Shown here piece after piece: positions 26,421-35,710 of a stretch of 64,000 nucleotides of DNA. The stretch is taken from contig QPMI01000522.1 of assembly GCA_004431415.1 (NCBI GenBank), forward strand, positions 186,001 to 250,000. The letters are read 5' to 3'. A model generated the notes under the pieces. It saw only the letters and a list, made by a program, of their open reading frames with translations, did no database searches and was not told where the DNA came from. Both the position numbers and the translations under genes were made by a program. The stretch's first letter is position 1. Every line of letters starts with the position of its first letter. The stretch is from Cyanophora paradoxa CCMP329. Its lineage: Eukaryota; Plantae; Glaucophyta.

Positions 26421-26684
26421 TCATTCCTCAGCAACTGTATTATATTCAATTGCTTTCTTCACAGTTCCCCTTTGGAATGCCTGTAACACAATGGCTTCCT
26501 TTGAGGTTGGTATTTGAACTCCACCTGAGATGCAAGAATGGATTTCTTTCTGAACGATCTCTTCAATTGCAATTCTTGCCCTGTTGTGGGCAGCATTATC
26601 AATCCAATCCTGAACAGAGGCGGCGCAATATTCCATTCCCAACTTTTCGATATCAGAGAGAACCACTTGGTAAATATTCGACAT
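26421..26684 (-). CDS. Small phage-type protein, probable fibre assembly chaperone
   Basis: SVQDWIDNAAHNRARIAIEEIV...GVQIPTSKEAIVLQAF resembles small proteins I recall next to C1q fibres in tailed phages; lies directly downstream of the fibres. Confidence 0.55.
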   Translation of the reverse strand: MSNIYQVVLSDIEKLGMEYCAASVQDWIDNAAHNRARIAIEEIVQKEIHSCISGGVQIPTSKEAIVLQAFQRGTVKKAIEYNTVAEE

Positions 26685-26706
26685 TTCTTAAACTACCATA
26701 AGAAAA

Positions 26707-27726
26707 TTAAACGATGCTTATTAATTCTCCTGAGAATGCTGTGCTACTTGCATAGGAAGCGACTGAATTTGTAACAAGTGTCACAAATTCGTTTTGTGCA
26801 AGATTGAGAATGCAAGAGAAACACAGTGCTTTATGTGTGCTTGAGGCATTGTGAACTTGCGAAATGCTTAATCCCCCAGGATCGACATCATTAACCCTAA
26901 GAAACAATTCAATAACAGAAGTTGTGGTTGAAGAAGTGAATACTGAAAATCGATAGTGTCCCGCAACAGGTGCTGTGAACCTTCCAGTTGATGTGCTGAA
27001 TGAGTTGGTATTGTTTACTCGAACTGTTGCCCAGTTTATAAGAACAGCAGAACTTGTAGCAGTGTGGTTATAACCAAGTTGGATGGAAAATCGTGGATGT
27101 GATGTTTTGAGATAACACCCAGTATTAAATGTCAAACTATTGGCTTCCAGAGTAGCAACAGTGTTACTATTTCGTTTCAGAAGAAGGTCTACATTGGCTC
27201 CTGTATCGATTTCCGGTGTAACAACCTTGGTTGTTGCTGTGATTGTGGACTGTGAGGCAATTGGTAGTGAAATACCAGCATTAGCAGTTACCAATTCTGT
27301 AAAGGTGCTTGTTCCTGTAATACTCACCTGATTTGCTGTTAGGGTTCCATCAACCCTTGCCCCATCTCCAATGTAGGCACCTCCACTTCTTACCACAAGA
27401 GCAGAGTTATTTATTGTGTTGTCAAAGGTTACTATTTTGGGTGTGGTGACCCCTCCCATATCATCATAAATTGTGGAATCTGAGACTATCTGACCTGATT
27501 GAACTTGGTTCTTGTTTGAAACTATTAAACCTGTGGTTCTCACCTTTCCATTATTGCGATCACATCGAATTTCTTTGCATCTTATCACAGAATTCTGAGA
27601 AAACGAATCGGCACCTGTTGTTTCAGTGCAAATAAAACCAGGGGTTGCATCTGTTACTGTGTGGTTGAGTTGATGTATTTTGGGGGCGGCGTAACAGAAC
27701 ACAGGAACAGCTATTTGAGTGGTCAT
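26707..27726 (-). CDS. Fibre protein with C-terminal C1q domain (paralogue A)
   Basis: FSTSTGRFTAPVAGHYRFS...ILNLAQNEFV C1q signature; beta-rich shaft. Confidence 0.85.
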   Translation of the reverse strand: MTTQIAVPVFCYAAPKIHQLNHTVTDATPGFICTETTGADSFSQNSVIRCKEIRCDRNNGKVRTTGLIVSNKNQVQSGQIVSDSTIYDDMGGVTTPKIVTFDNTINNSALVVRSGGAYIGDGARVDGTLTANQVSITGTSTFTELVTANAGISLPIASQSTITATTKVVTPEIDTGANVDLLLKRNSNTVATLEANSLTFNTGCYLKTSHPRFSIQLGYNHTATSSAVLINWATVRVNNTNSFSTSTGRFTAPVAGHYRFSVFTSSTTTSVIELFLRVNDVDPGGLSISQVHNASSTHKALCFSCILNLAQNEFVTLVTNSVASYASSTAFSGELISIV

Positions 27727-27748
27727 AATTTATATTATATGGATAATA

Positions 27749-28819
27749 TTATGAAGAGCTGAGAAGCATACATCCAAAGAACCATCTGATATTATAATAT
27801 GAAGAAGCTCCACCACTGACACTATATGATATTCTGATGGAATCATTAGCTTGAAGGTCAACGATTATTTCCAACCCATTGTTTGCATACACAGATGGAT
27901 AATTATTATTAACTTCAATTCCAGATGAGCTTCCGTTTTTCTGTAAAAATGTTGTTATAATACCTGGTCTTCCAGCCGTATGACAGGATCCACTAAATGT
28001 GACAAGATAGTTTCCTGTAACAGGGGCAGTAAAAAGCCCTGTCGCAGGGTCGAAATGATTCCCTTGGTTCACTATGACTCCTGTTGATGGATATATATTA
28101 ATTGAGGGCATGGTTGCAGTTATTAACCCATTTGGTTGCTGTTTTGTTGCAAAGAAACGAGGGTGACCACTTAATTTCAGATACTTGTAGTCAGGAAGTG
28201 TGAGATGTTGAACAGTTGTATTATCTGTTTGAGTAGTTGTTTGGAGAGAAAAGATTGTGTCCCCATTCCTCTTGTAATTCATGACCATGTCACTCATGTT
28301 ATCAATCTCAGGTGTGTTCAACCTTGTTGTAAGTGTGAGAGTTCCATACTGAATACTCCCTGAAAGCCCACCATTGAAGTCCATAAACCCGCCAAAACTA
28401 CTTGTCCCACTCACAGATAGTTGATTTGCTGTGACAGTTCCTGCTACATTTGCTCCATCTCCAATGTAGGCTCCTCCACTCTTGACTACAAGAGCGGAAG
28501 TATTACTTGTGTTATTGAAAGTAACTATCTGTGCTGTGGTGACTCCACCCACATTATCATATATTGCTGAATCCTGGACTACCTGACCTGCTTGAACTTG
28601 GTTTTTATTCGCGATTATAATGCCTGTGGTTCTAATCTTGCCTCCATTTCGATCACATCGAATTTCTTTGACCCTCAGTATACTGTTCTCTGTGAAAGAG
28701 GTATTACTTGTAGTTTCAGTGCAAATATTCCCAGGTGAAGAGTCGACTACTTCATGAGAGGTGCTGTGTAGTGATTTTGCTGCAAGTTCATAGTTTGGGA
28801 TTTCCAATAGAGAGGTCAT
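27749..28819 (-). CDS. Fibre protein with C-terminal C1q domain (paralogue B)
   Basis: NQGNHFDPATGLFTAPVTGNYLVTF...VDLQANDSI; N-terminal ~130 aa homologous to paralogue A. Confidence 0.85.
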   Translation of the reverse strand: MTSLLEIPNYELAAKSLHSTSHEVVDSSPGNICTETTSNTSFTENSILRVKEIRCDRNGGKIRTTGIIIANKNQVQAGQVVQDSAIYDNVGGVTTAQIVTFNNTSNTSALVVKSGGAYIGDGANVAGTVTANQLSVSGTSSFGGFMDFNGGLSGSIQYGTLTLTTRLNTPEIDNMSDMVMNYKRNGDTIFSLQTTTQTDNTTVQHLTLPDYKYLKLSGHPRFFATKQQPNGLITATMPSINIYPSTGVIVNQGNHFDPATGLFTAPVTGNYLVTFSGSCHTAGRPGIITTFLQKNGSSSGIEVNNNYPSVYANNGLEIIVDLQANDSIRISYSVSGGASSYYNIRWFFGCMLLSSS

Positions 28820-28838
28820 CTTTATATTAATCAAATAG

Positions 28839-30407
28839 TTAAATTGCGACAGCTGTGTAATGAATTGTAACAGTAATGCCTGGTCTGTCGTGTGAACTTA
28901 ATGGAACTATCTCAAGCTCACACGTGAAATAGCTGCTGTAAACATTTTTAAGAGTTACAGACATACGATAGTCGAAGGCTGTCTCGTTGTGTTGTATACC
29001 CGTTGTTACAATAGGAGGGTTAGCAAAGCTGGCGTTGAATTGGATAGTGAGATTAAAGCGAGTGTAAGGGTTTGCCCATAGATAAGGAGTATTGTAAACA
29101 TACTTACCTGCTTGAATTTTCCCATTAAAATATGTATTGAGTTGACTGGAAAGATCCGCTTCTGTAATACATCTACTAATAGTCTGATTATTGGAAGGGT
29201 TCATAGCATAGAAATTTCTTGCATAAGCATTTCCACGAACAAGTAGGGTCTTGTCCTGGTAATATGCTATGTTATCAGTGGGAATAGTCGAATTGTGGAA
29301 ACTCCAAATCACAGGAGGATTGGGCATAATATTTGGGTCATAATCGAGAAAGTAACCTGATCCAATAAGAAGGTTTGCATTTGCTGTAATGTTATTAGCT
29401 GTAAAGGGATCAAGAGTTGGTCTATTGGTCAAATCATTGTAGTTGCCCGAGAACATCGCGGGTTTATTATAGATATCTGTATTCCAATCATGAGTGTGAC
29501 CTACCAATGAAATGTTTCCGAGATCTGTTATCTGGTCTTTGGTATGAGTGTGTGCAAAGTCTGTAATCTCTGCCTTGGTGTGGGTGTGACCAACATATGC
29601 AACATTTCCGAGATCTAAAATCTCTGATTTAACATGAGTGTGAGCGAAATTCGTAATGTCTGCTCGGGTGTGATAGTGTGCAAAATCTGTTATTTGGGAC
29701 TTGGTGTGAGTGTGTGCAAAATCTGTGATTTCTGCCTTTGTGTGGGTGTGTGATCTATTATTAAGGTCGAGGAAACTCCCCGAAAATGCAACAGGGTGTA
29801 GATTTGCTGCGGTGGGTTTATTAATGAGATCATTATAGTCTCCTGTAAATGAAACGGTTTTCAGTTCCCCCCTCCCTACATAATCCGAAGGGAGATCGAT
29901 TTTAATAGGCATTATAGCTGGATCATCTGGGATCACATACTCTCCACCTGTGTGAACAACAGGGTATCTTCGAATATACATATTGGATGCACCCATGAGA
30001 GGTGCCACAATGGGCACATCCGAATTAACGAGATTGCAAGTGATGGAGAAAATGGTTTTGGGGGCAAACAGATTGCAATCAAAGGTAATCGTGGCGGGAT
30101 CAATAGTAGGATCGACGTTTGAACAGATCTGAAACATCCACCCACCCACACAGTTGCAATTTAGATTTCGAAAGACTGTTCCCGCCATTGCATCCACATA
30201 GCCAATCCCATTTGCTATGTCATATATGTGACCAAACTCGTAACCAAAAATGTCATTCCACAGGTTGGAAGCCATAGCTCCCATCACATACCCTTTTAGA
30301 TCTACTATCAGGTCATTGGATTCACTGGGTATATTGGCATGGGTTATATAAAATTGATTATCCAAGACAGCATTCTTTATTGTCGTTTCTACTATGGGTT
30401 CAGTCAT
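28839..30407 (-). CDS. Phage-like tail fibre with HxH repeats and H-type-lectin-like tip
   Basis: About seven HTHTK..ITDF-type repeats, G[DN]YNDL.N[KR]P motifs, C-terminal IQF..SFANPPIV...VTLKNV. Confidence 0.8.
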   Translation of the reverse strand: MTEPIVETTIKNAVLDNQFYITHANIPSESNDLIVDLKGYVMGAMASNLWNDIFGYEFGHIYDIANGIGYVDAMAGTVFRNLNCNCVGGWMFQICSNVDPTIDPATITFDCNLFAPKTIFSITCNLVNSDVPIVAPLMGASNMYIRRYPVVHTGGEYVIPDDPAIMPIKIDLPSDYVGRGELKTVSFTGDYNDLINKPTAANLHPVAFSGSFLDLNNRSHTHTKAEITDFAHTHTKSQITDFAHYHTRADITNFAHTHVKSEILDLGNVAYVGHTHTKAEITDFAHTHTKDQITDLGNISLVGHTHDWNTDIYNKPAMFSGNYNDLTNRPTLDPFTANNITANANLLIGSGYFLDYDPNIMPNPPVIWSFHNSTIPTDNIAYYQDKTLLVRGNAYARNFYAMNPSNNQTISRCITEADLSSQLNTYFNGKIQAGKYVYNTPYLWANPYTRFNLTIQFNASFANPPIVTTGIQHNETAFDYRMSVTLKNVYSSYFTCELEIVPLSSHDRPGITVTIHYTAVAI

Positions 30408-30444
30408 TATACTCTATTATGGAATACTACAAAAATTAAGGTTG

Positions 30445-33400
30445 TTACATAACGTTTGGAACATGTTCATATATTCTCCCTTCTCGCTGTGCCATTTCCG
30501 CCATAAAGTCTCTATCATTGTTCATCGTTTGCTCTGCCAATTCTTGTGCTCGTGATTTTTTGGGTGCTGCCCTATTTGCTGGTGGTCGGTCAGTCCTCAC
30601 AACACTAAGACCATGCCCCTCGGCTGATCTCACCTCTAACCCCACATCTCCTTCGGCTGTTTGGGTCACATTCAGTTCAGGCGTTGAGTATTTATTTCCT
30701 GCACCTGCAATGGTTCTATCTAAGCAAGCACAACAAAGAGCTCGAAATTTGTATGCAAGCACAAGCCCAAGAGCACCGAGAATCGGCAAGAGAATCATAA
30801 GCACTAACGTTCCTGGATTAGTTCCCGGTGCCCCGACTGGATTTGTAGGATTCGTGGGATTATTAGGTGGTGTGTTTGGATCTGGATTAGTTGTAGGGGG
30901 ATCTTGTGAATCGGGATCTGGGTTAGGCTGGTTCGGATTTGGATCGTTTGGTGGCGGTTCCGTCGACCCTGCTAATGATGTTGGCGCTGTGTATGCATTC
31001 GCAAACACGATGGGAGCCGTCGCTGGATTTCCTGTGGAGGATCCTGAGATTGCACCATAGGTATCTGCGAGATACTTGTATAATTCCTGTGTCACAGGTG
31101 GATTGCTCACAGATCGACACACCCAAATATTGCATGTGGTATCATAGACTGTGTCCCTGATAAAAGGCGGTAGAGCTGTCCCACTAAATGACTCAAAGAG
31201 TCCATTTCTCGATAGCAACCTATGGGCTGCATCACAGTTCCCACCCTCAAAGTACTTTGAAGCTGAAATTGCACCTTGAACATAAATATTGCATGTCGAG
31301 TGCATTCCAATGTTATTTAGGTTAGGAGTGTATCTGTCGTCGAGCCGGACAGAGCATACCCATGGGGAAGCGGTTTTAATATATTTCTTATCGCCCACTT
31401 CGATTACATCTGTATTTGGGTGGCTGTCAAGCTGAGTCCAAACAGCATCATATCTGAAAGTGTAATAAACTAAGAGACCATCTGTGGACGATGTGAAAGC
31501 AAAGAAGGTCATAAAGTCCGTGGATCCAAAGAAGTCAGCATTGGTCGATGTAAGGGTGACTCTGGGATAGCTCATGTTGACAGTCTCAGAAGGATATGGA
31601 ATATATGAGGTGTAATTACGATTGAAAAGATAATAGTGAAATCCATCTGAGACATTCGAGTGAGTGGGCAAGGTGACTGTTAAGGTCTTACTGCGATCCT
31701 CAAACGTTTTCTGTATGACAATGTTGCAAGTATTAATATATCGAGAATCGAAAAAGTAATTATTTGTGACTCTATTATCGATCAAAGTCGCATTGGTTCC
31801 ATTAAACACGAAATTCTGCCCATTGATCCTCGTAGTGTGAATGTCGGTAACATCGAGAGGATACCTTATTTTTAATCGATCTTCGGGGTCAAATCGCGGA
31901 ATAGTTCCTGTTGCCTTCCAACTGATAGTAAAGGGAGGAGCAAGGGACACTGCTGGGATAACAGAGAGATTAAATTTCGAAAAATACAACCCAACAGGGT
32001 ATGATGTCAGAGCATATGTCACTGTTGCATTTCCTACAAGTGTAAAGCCGGTGGTTGTTATGTTAGTTGCAACAAATGGGGAGTAGCCGGCTGGTGCATT
32101 TTGAAGTGATGTAGCTGACCCATCATTGACCACATACAAATTCGTGTCTGTTATTTCAATAGTAGGAGGGGAAACAAATGGTGTCTCAAATGTGAAATTA
32201 AAATTCGCTGGAACCCCTGCAAGATATCTATATGAGACCGATCCTATTTCGGATGCCTGGAATACTTTGCTTCCACTCTGCACTACATTACTTGTGTCTT
32301 TCACATTGTGGTATGAGATGCTGGGAGTTGGGGAGAGCACCAACGAAATAGCATCTGGTAAATCAGACTTTGTTATATACAGCTCTTTAAGATACTCCTT
32401 TCTAAAAGGCGCGGTCAGATCTCCAATAGTAGCCGATGAACCTGCGACCACAATATTACAGGTGTTTGCACTCAAAGAGTAAACTGTGTTCCACCTTAAA
32501 GAATTCGCCCCAAGATCGAAATTCTGTGAGAAGGGCACGATATTGCTACCTTGTAAATCTCGGTAAACCTTTACTCTGGGTTTGCTATCGAATACAGGGC
32601 TAATGTAATTGATGTTAAGAGTGAAACTAATAGTAGCTTCGGAACTCAATGAGTTGTTTCGGATGATAAGTAAATTGTATGTCTCGTTAATGACAAACGA
32701 AACCTGAAACCCTGTGGAGGTGACATTTTGGATAAATGCTTTATTAGATTCATTATTGTTATAGATAGGATTATAATAAGTAGTGTGATCCACCAATGAA
32801 ACAGTGGGTATATTCGTCTCGAAACCTGTGACACCCAACTGATCCCAAGTGAATGTATATGTAGGTTTGCCTACATAAGCGACATAGACCCCATTTGCGA
32901 GCTGCTGAGGGTATCCCTCGACAGTGTAGGTCTCAGTTTGCGAAACCGAGCGGGAAAGGTTACTATTATAGTCGGTGTAGCTGATCAGTGCATTATCATT
33001 GGTGAGAATCTGATTAGGTCGGAGTGAGTGATTAAATGGAAGGATTAAATTGGAGGCAAACATGGAAACTCCATGCACCTCTGACCATCTCAGATTCGAG
33101 AGACCAACTCGGTATGCGTTATCAATAGAAGGGTAAATGTTCCTTTTCGATAGAATATGGGCTAAGGTAATTGCAAGCGCTCCATCTGCTGCAAACAGTG
33201 CATTAATTTCGGACTGCAAAGCCGCGATCTCGGTTGTGTGGGTCGTGAGGGTTCCATCCTGGCTGGAATCTTTGGTGTTCTTGCTCCTTTCAAACTCCAA
33301 AAACGCCTTTACGATGTCCTTGCCTAAAAGATCGTTTATATTGTCTCTGGTTATGTGAACATGGTCTGTTCTCAGTGCCTGTTTCTCTGTGGTAAAAGCT

Positions 33401-34167
33401 GGAATTTCCTCTGCAAATGATATAGTCGTTTTATCAAGTGCTAAGGATCTCACATTCGGAGCATTGGCGCCAATTATATCCACAACGTTCCCATTTTCGA
33501 CAATTTCTAAGGTCGGTTTCGCGGGGTCTAATGTGAAAACACCCTCTGTTATCTGGGGAACCGATTCGCTCTTCTGAATCACAAAGGATTCGATGTTTAG
33601 GTTACAGGTTGCGACATTGGTGGCGAAAAACGACTCGGAGTTGAGCGAGTTTACATTTAGGGTATCCGTAGTGATGTTACTTGCTGTAATGTTACTCGTC
33701 GTAAGATTACCTGCTGAGAGATCATGGACGACCTCTACCTTTGTTTTCCGTGTGGATACTCCCGCTATAAGTGTGCTATTATCCACGATTCTCATAGCTG
33801 CATTTTGGAAACCGCTCTCATCTTGAATGAAGAAGTTTAAGCGACCTCTATCGAATGCTTTCGGGATGTTCCTACGATTATATCGCACCGTTTTCGGTAG
33901 CTGGCGGGTTGCCTGAATGCTGGCGACTCTGTTTCGTTCGTTATCATCAAGTAAAAAGTCGATTCCAAGTTTATGATCCCCTTTCTCGACGTTCATTAAC
34001 TGCAAAGCTGCGGGTCTGCTCGGTGTTCCACTGACTGGATCTTCGCGGTCTGCATTGTAGTTTATTCTCAGAGACCCGCGAATTTCAGTGTTTACCTGAT
34101 CAGTGTCCTCTATCTGAGTGGTCGAATTAATAACTCGTGCATCTGGTCGCGGATTCAGGAACGACAT
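30445..34167 (-). CDS. Large fibre/adhesin-like protein with C-terminal transmembrane anchor (1240 aa)
   Basis: Start MSFLNP after an AT-rich leader; I.P.....LG....RW..V fibre motifs, repeated TCNI, PNP/PT linker, TM LVLMILLPILGALGLVLAY, CCAC, short tail. Confidence 0.75.
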   Translation of the reverse strand: MSFLNPRPDARVINSTTQIEDTDQVNTEIRGSLRINYNADREDPVSGTPSRPAALQLMNVEKGDHKLGIDFLLDDNERNRVASIQATRQLPKTVRYNRRNIPKAFDRGRLNFFIQDESGFQNAAMRIVDNSTLIAGVSTRKTKVEVVHDLSAGNLTTSNITASNITTDTLNVNSLNSESFFATNVATCNLNIESFVIQKSESVPQITEGVFTLDPAKPTLEIVENGNVVDIIGANAPNVRSLALDKTTISFAEEIPAFTTEKQALRTDHVHITRDNINDLLGKDIVKAFLEFERSKNTKDSSQDGTLTTHTTEIAALQSEINALFAADGALAITLAHILSKRNIYPSIDNAYRVGLSNLRWSEVHGVSMFASNLILPFNHSLRPNQILTNDNALISYTDYNSNLSRSVSQTETYTVEGYPQQLANGVYVAYVGKPTYTFTWDQLGVTGFETNIPTVSLVDHTTYYNPIYNNNESNKAFIQNVTSTGFQVSFVINETYNLLIIRNNSLSSEATISFTLNINYISPVFDSKPRVKVYRDLQGSNIVPFSQNFDLGANSLRWNTVYSLSANTCNIVVAGSSATIGDLTAPFRKEYLKELYITKSDLPDAISLVLSPTPSISYHNVKDTSNVVQSGSKVFQASEIGSVSYRYLAGVPANFNFTFETPFVSPPTIEITDTNLYVVNDGSATSLQNAPAGYSPFVATNITTTGFTLVGNATVTYALTSYPVGLYFSKFNLSVIPAVSLAPPFTISWKATGTIPRFDPEDRLKIRYPLDVTDIHTTRINGQNFVFNGTNATLIDNRVTNNYFFDSRYINTCNIVIQKTFEDRSKTLTVTLPTHSNVSDGFHYYLFNRNYTSYIPYPSETVNMSYPRVTLTSTNADFFGSTDFMTFFAFTSSTDGLLVYYTFRYDAVWTQLDSHPNTDVIEVGDKKYIKTASPWVCSVRLDDRYTPNLNNIGMHSTCNIYVQGAISASKYFEGGNCDAAHRLLSRNGLFESFSGTALPPFIRDTVYDTTCNIWVCRSVSNPPVTQELYKYLADTYGAISGSSTGNPATAPIVFANAYTAPTSLAGSTEPPPNDPNPNQPNPDPDSQDPPTTNPDPNTPPNNPTNPTNPVGAPGTNPGTLVLMILLPILGALGLVLAYKFRALCCACLDRTIAGAGNKYSTPELNVTQTAEGDVGLEVRSAEGHGLSVVRTDRPPANRAAPKKSRAQELAEQTMNNDRDFMAEMAQREGRIYEHVPNVM

Positions 34168-34210
34168 CCTCTTTATAAACAAAGAAGATATATAAGAAGT
34201 ATATAAGATA

Positions 34211-35704
34211 ATGAAGACCTGCCTCGCTTTGAGTGGAGGGGGGTCGCGCGGAATAATCGAGGCTGCTATACTGGCACAGATTGAAGCCCAAACCGGTAAA
34301 CGAATCCAACAGCTATTCGACTGCTTTGCGGGAACATCCACAGGTGGATTAATCGCGCTCCTATTGAATATCAAGGGAACCGATGGCGCCCCTAAATATA
34401 CTGCCACTGATATTCTCGCGCTCTACAAAGCGAAACTACCGCTGATTTTCGCGAATCCACGAGTGCTTACATCGATTGTACAGCGCCCAAAGTACGAAGC
34501 AACTAACTTAGAAGCGGTGGCTCTCGAACTCTGCGGCTCAGCGACCATGGCGGATCTCTATAAACCAACCATCGTGACTGCATTTGACACGATCTTAATG
34601 TCCCCCGTTTTTATTTCAAGCAACGATGAAGACATTAATGGGATGCTTGTGCGCGATGCTGCAAGGGCTACCTCGGCTGCTCCGACCTATTTCGAGCCGA
34701 AACAAGTCACAGTCGCCGGAAGAACATATTGTTTAATCGATGGTTGCATGAGTGGAAATAATTCGCCCGGGGTTTGCGGCTACACATTTGCCCGCACTTT
34801 ATTCGGAAACTCTTGCGAGGAGGAGCTTATCGTGGTCTCGATTACGGCGGGTCACGTCCAAGACGCCGATAAAGCAACCGCGGGATATTCGTATGACACC
34901 ATGAAAAATTGGGGGATCGTGCAATGGATGCTAAGCGCCACAGGATCGCCAATTCTCAGCATGTTCTTAGAGTCGAGTGATCTAAACGCCCACGTAAAGC
35001 TACTGGAACTTTTACCCAGAAACGATGATCAGAATTACGATCGCTACTATAAGCTGAGCGTTCCTTTACCGAAAGATAAAATGACCCTCGATACTATCAC
35101 AACGACGCACCTGCAATATTTGGAAACGGAAGCGCTCGCCTTTGTTTCCGCACAGCAAACGTATTTTAATGCGATGTATTCAGTGCTGACGATGAATATC
35201 TCAGAGGGCGATGTTCCCATAATTAATCTGTCCGGGTGCACAGATGTAAGCGCACCCCCGGAGTCTAACTGGGTGCCGCTCGATAATAGCGCCTTTATTG
35301 CGGAATTTGGCACAGCTTCTGATGCCCGCTGGTCAAATGCTACGGGGTGGGTGGGATTTACTAACCCGCCGCAAGGTAGTAGGTCGGGAGGCAATTACTT
35401 ACGCATCGATTTCCCGCGTCTGTTTATGCTTTCCTCTATAAAAATGAAGCCGGCTGCGAATGGAAACTACATTAAAACGTTTGAGATCGATTACCAATTA
35501 ACTCCGGGAGTTTCGGCGCTTGTAACATACACAGAAGCCGGCGCGACGAGAGTGTTTACCAATGCAAATCAAATAGCCGGAAGTGCCGATCCTGACGAAC
35601 ATTTCTTAGCAAACCCGAGATCTGTGAGAACCCTCGTAATCTGGGTGCTTACTACGAATGTAGCTTCGGCATGCCGAATTGATTTCGAGGGCTACTACGT
35701 GTGA
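34211..35704 (+). CDS. Patatin-like phospholipase fused to F5/8 type C (discoidin) domain
   Basis: GGGSRG, GTSTG, SAAPTYF, DG(C) motifs; C-terminal YLRIDF...IKTFEIDY...RIDFEG. Confidence 0.88.
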   Translation: MKTCLALSGGGSRGIIEAAILAQIEAQTGKRIQQLFDCFAGTSTGGLIALLLNIKGTDGAPKYTATDILALYKAKLPLIFANPRVLTSIVQRPKYEATNLEAVALELCGSATMADLYKPTIVTAFDTILMSPVFISSNDEDINGMLVRDAARATSAAPTYFEPKQVTVAGRTYCLIDGCMSGNNSPGVCGYTFARTLFGNSCEEELIVVSITAGHVQDADKATAGYSYDTMKNWGIVQWMLSATGSPILSMFLESSDLNAHVKLLELLPRNDDQNYDRYYKLSVPLPKDKMTLDTITTTHLQYLETEALAFVSAQQTYFNAMYSVLTMNISEGDVPIINLSGCTDVSAPPESNWVPLDNSAFIAEFGTASDARWSNATGWVGFTNPPQGSRSGGNYLRIDFPRLFMLSSIKMKPAANGNYIKTFEIDYQLTPGVSALVTYTEAGATRVFTNANQIAGSADPDEHFLANPRSVRTLVIWVLTTNVASACRIDFEGYYV

Positions 35705-35710
35705 CAGCGC

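Noticed and set aside
26707-28819. Diversity-generating retroelement or invertase-driven fibre switching
   Set aside because: No reverse transcriptase, template/variable repeat pair or site-specific recombinase seen; the fibres are co-oriented
34168-34407. N-terminal 80 aa of the 1320-aa ORF call
   Set aside because: Antisense overlap with the patatin gene; MSFLNP at 34167 has the typical AT-rich leader
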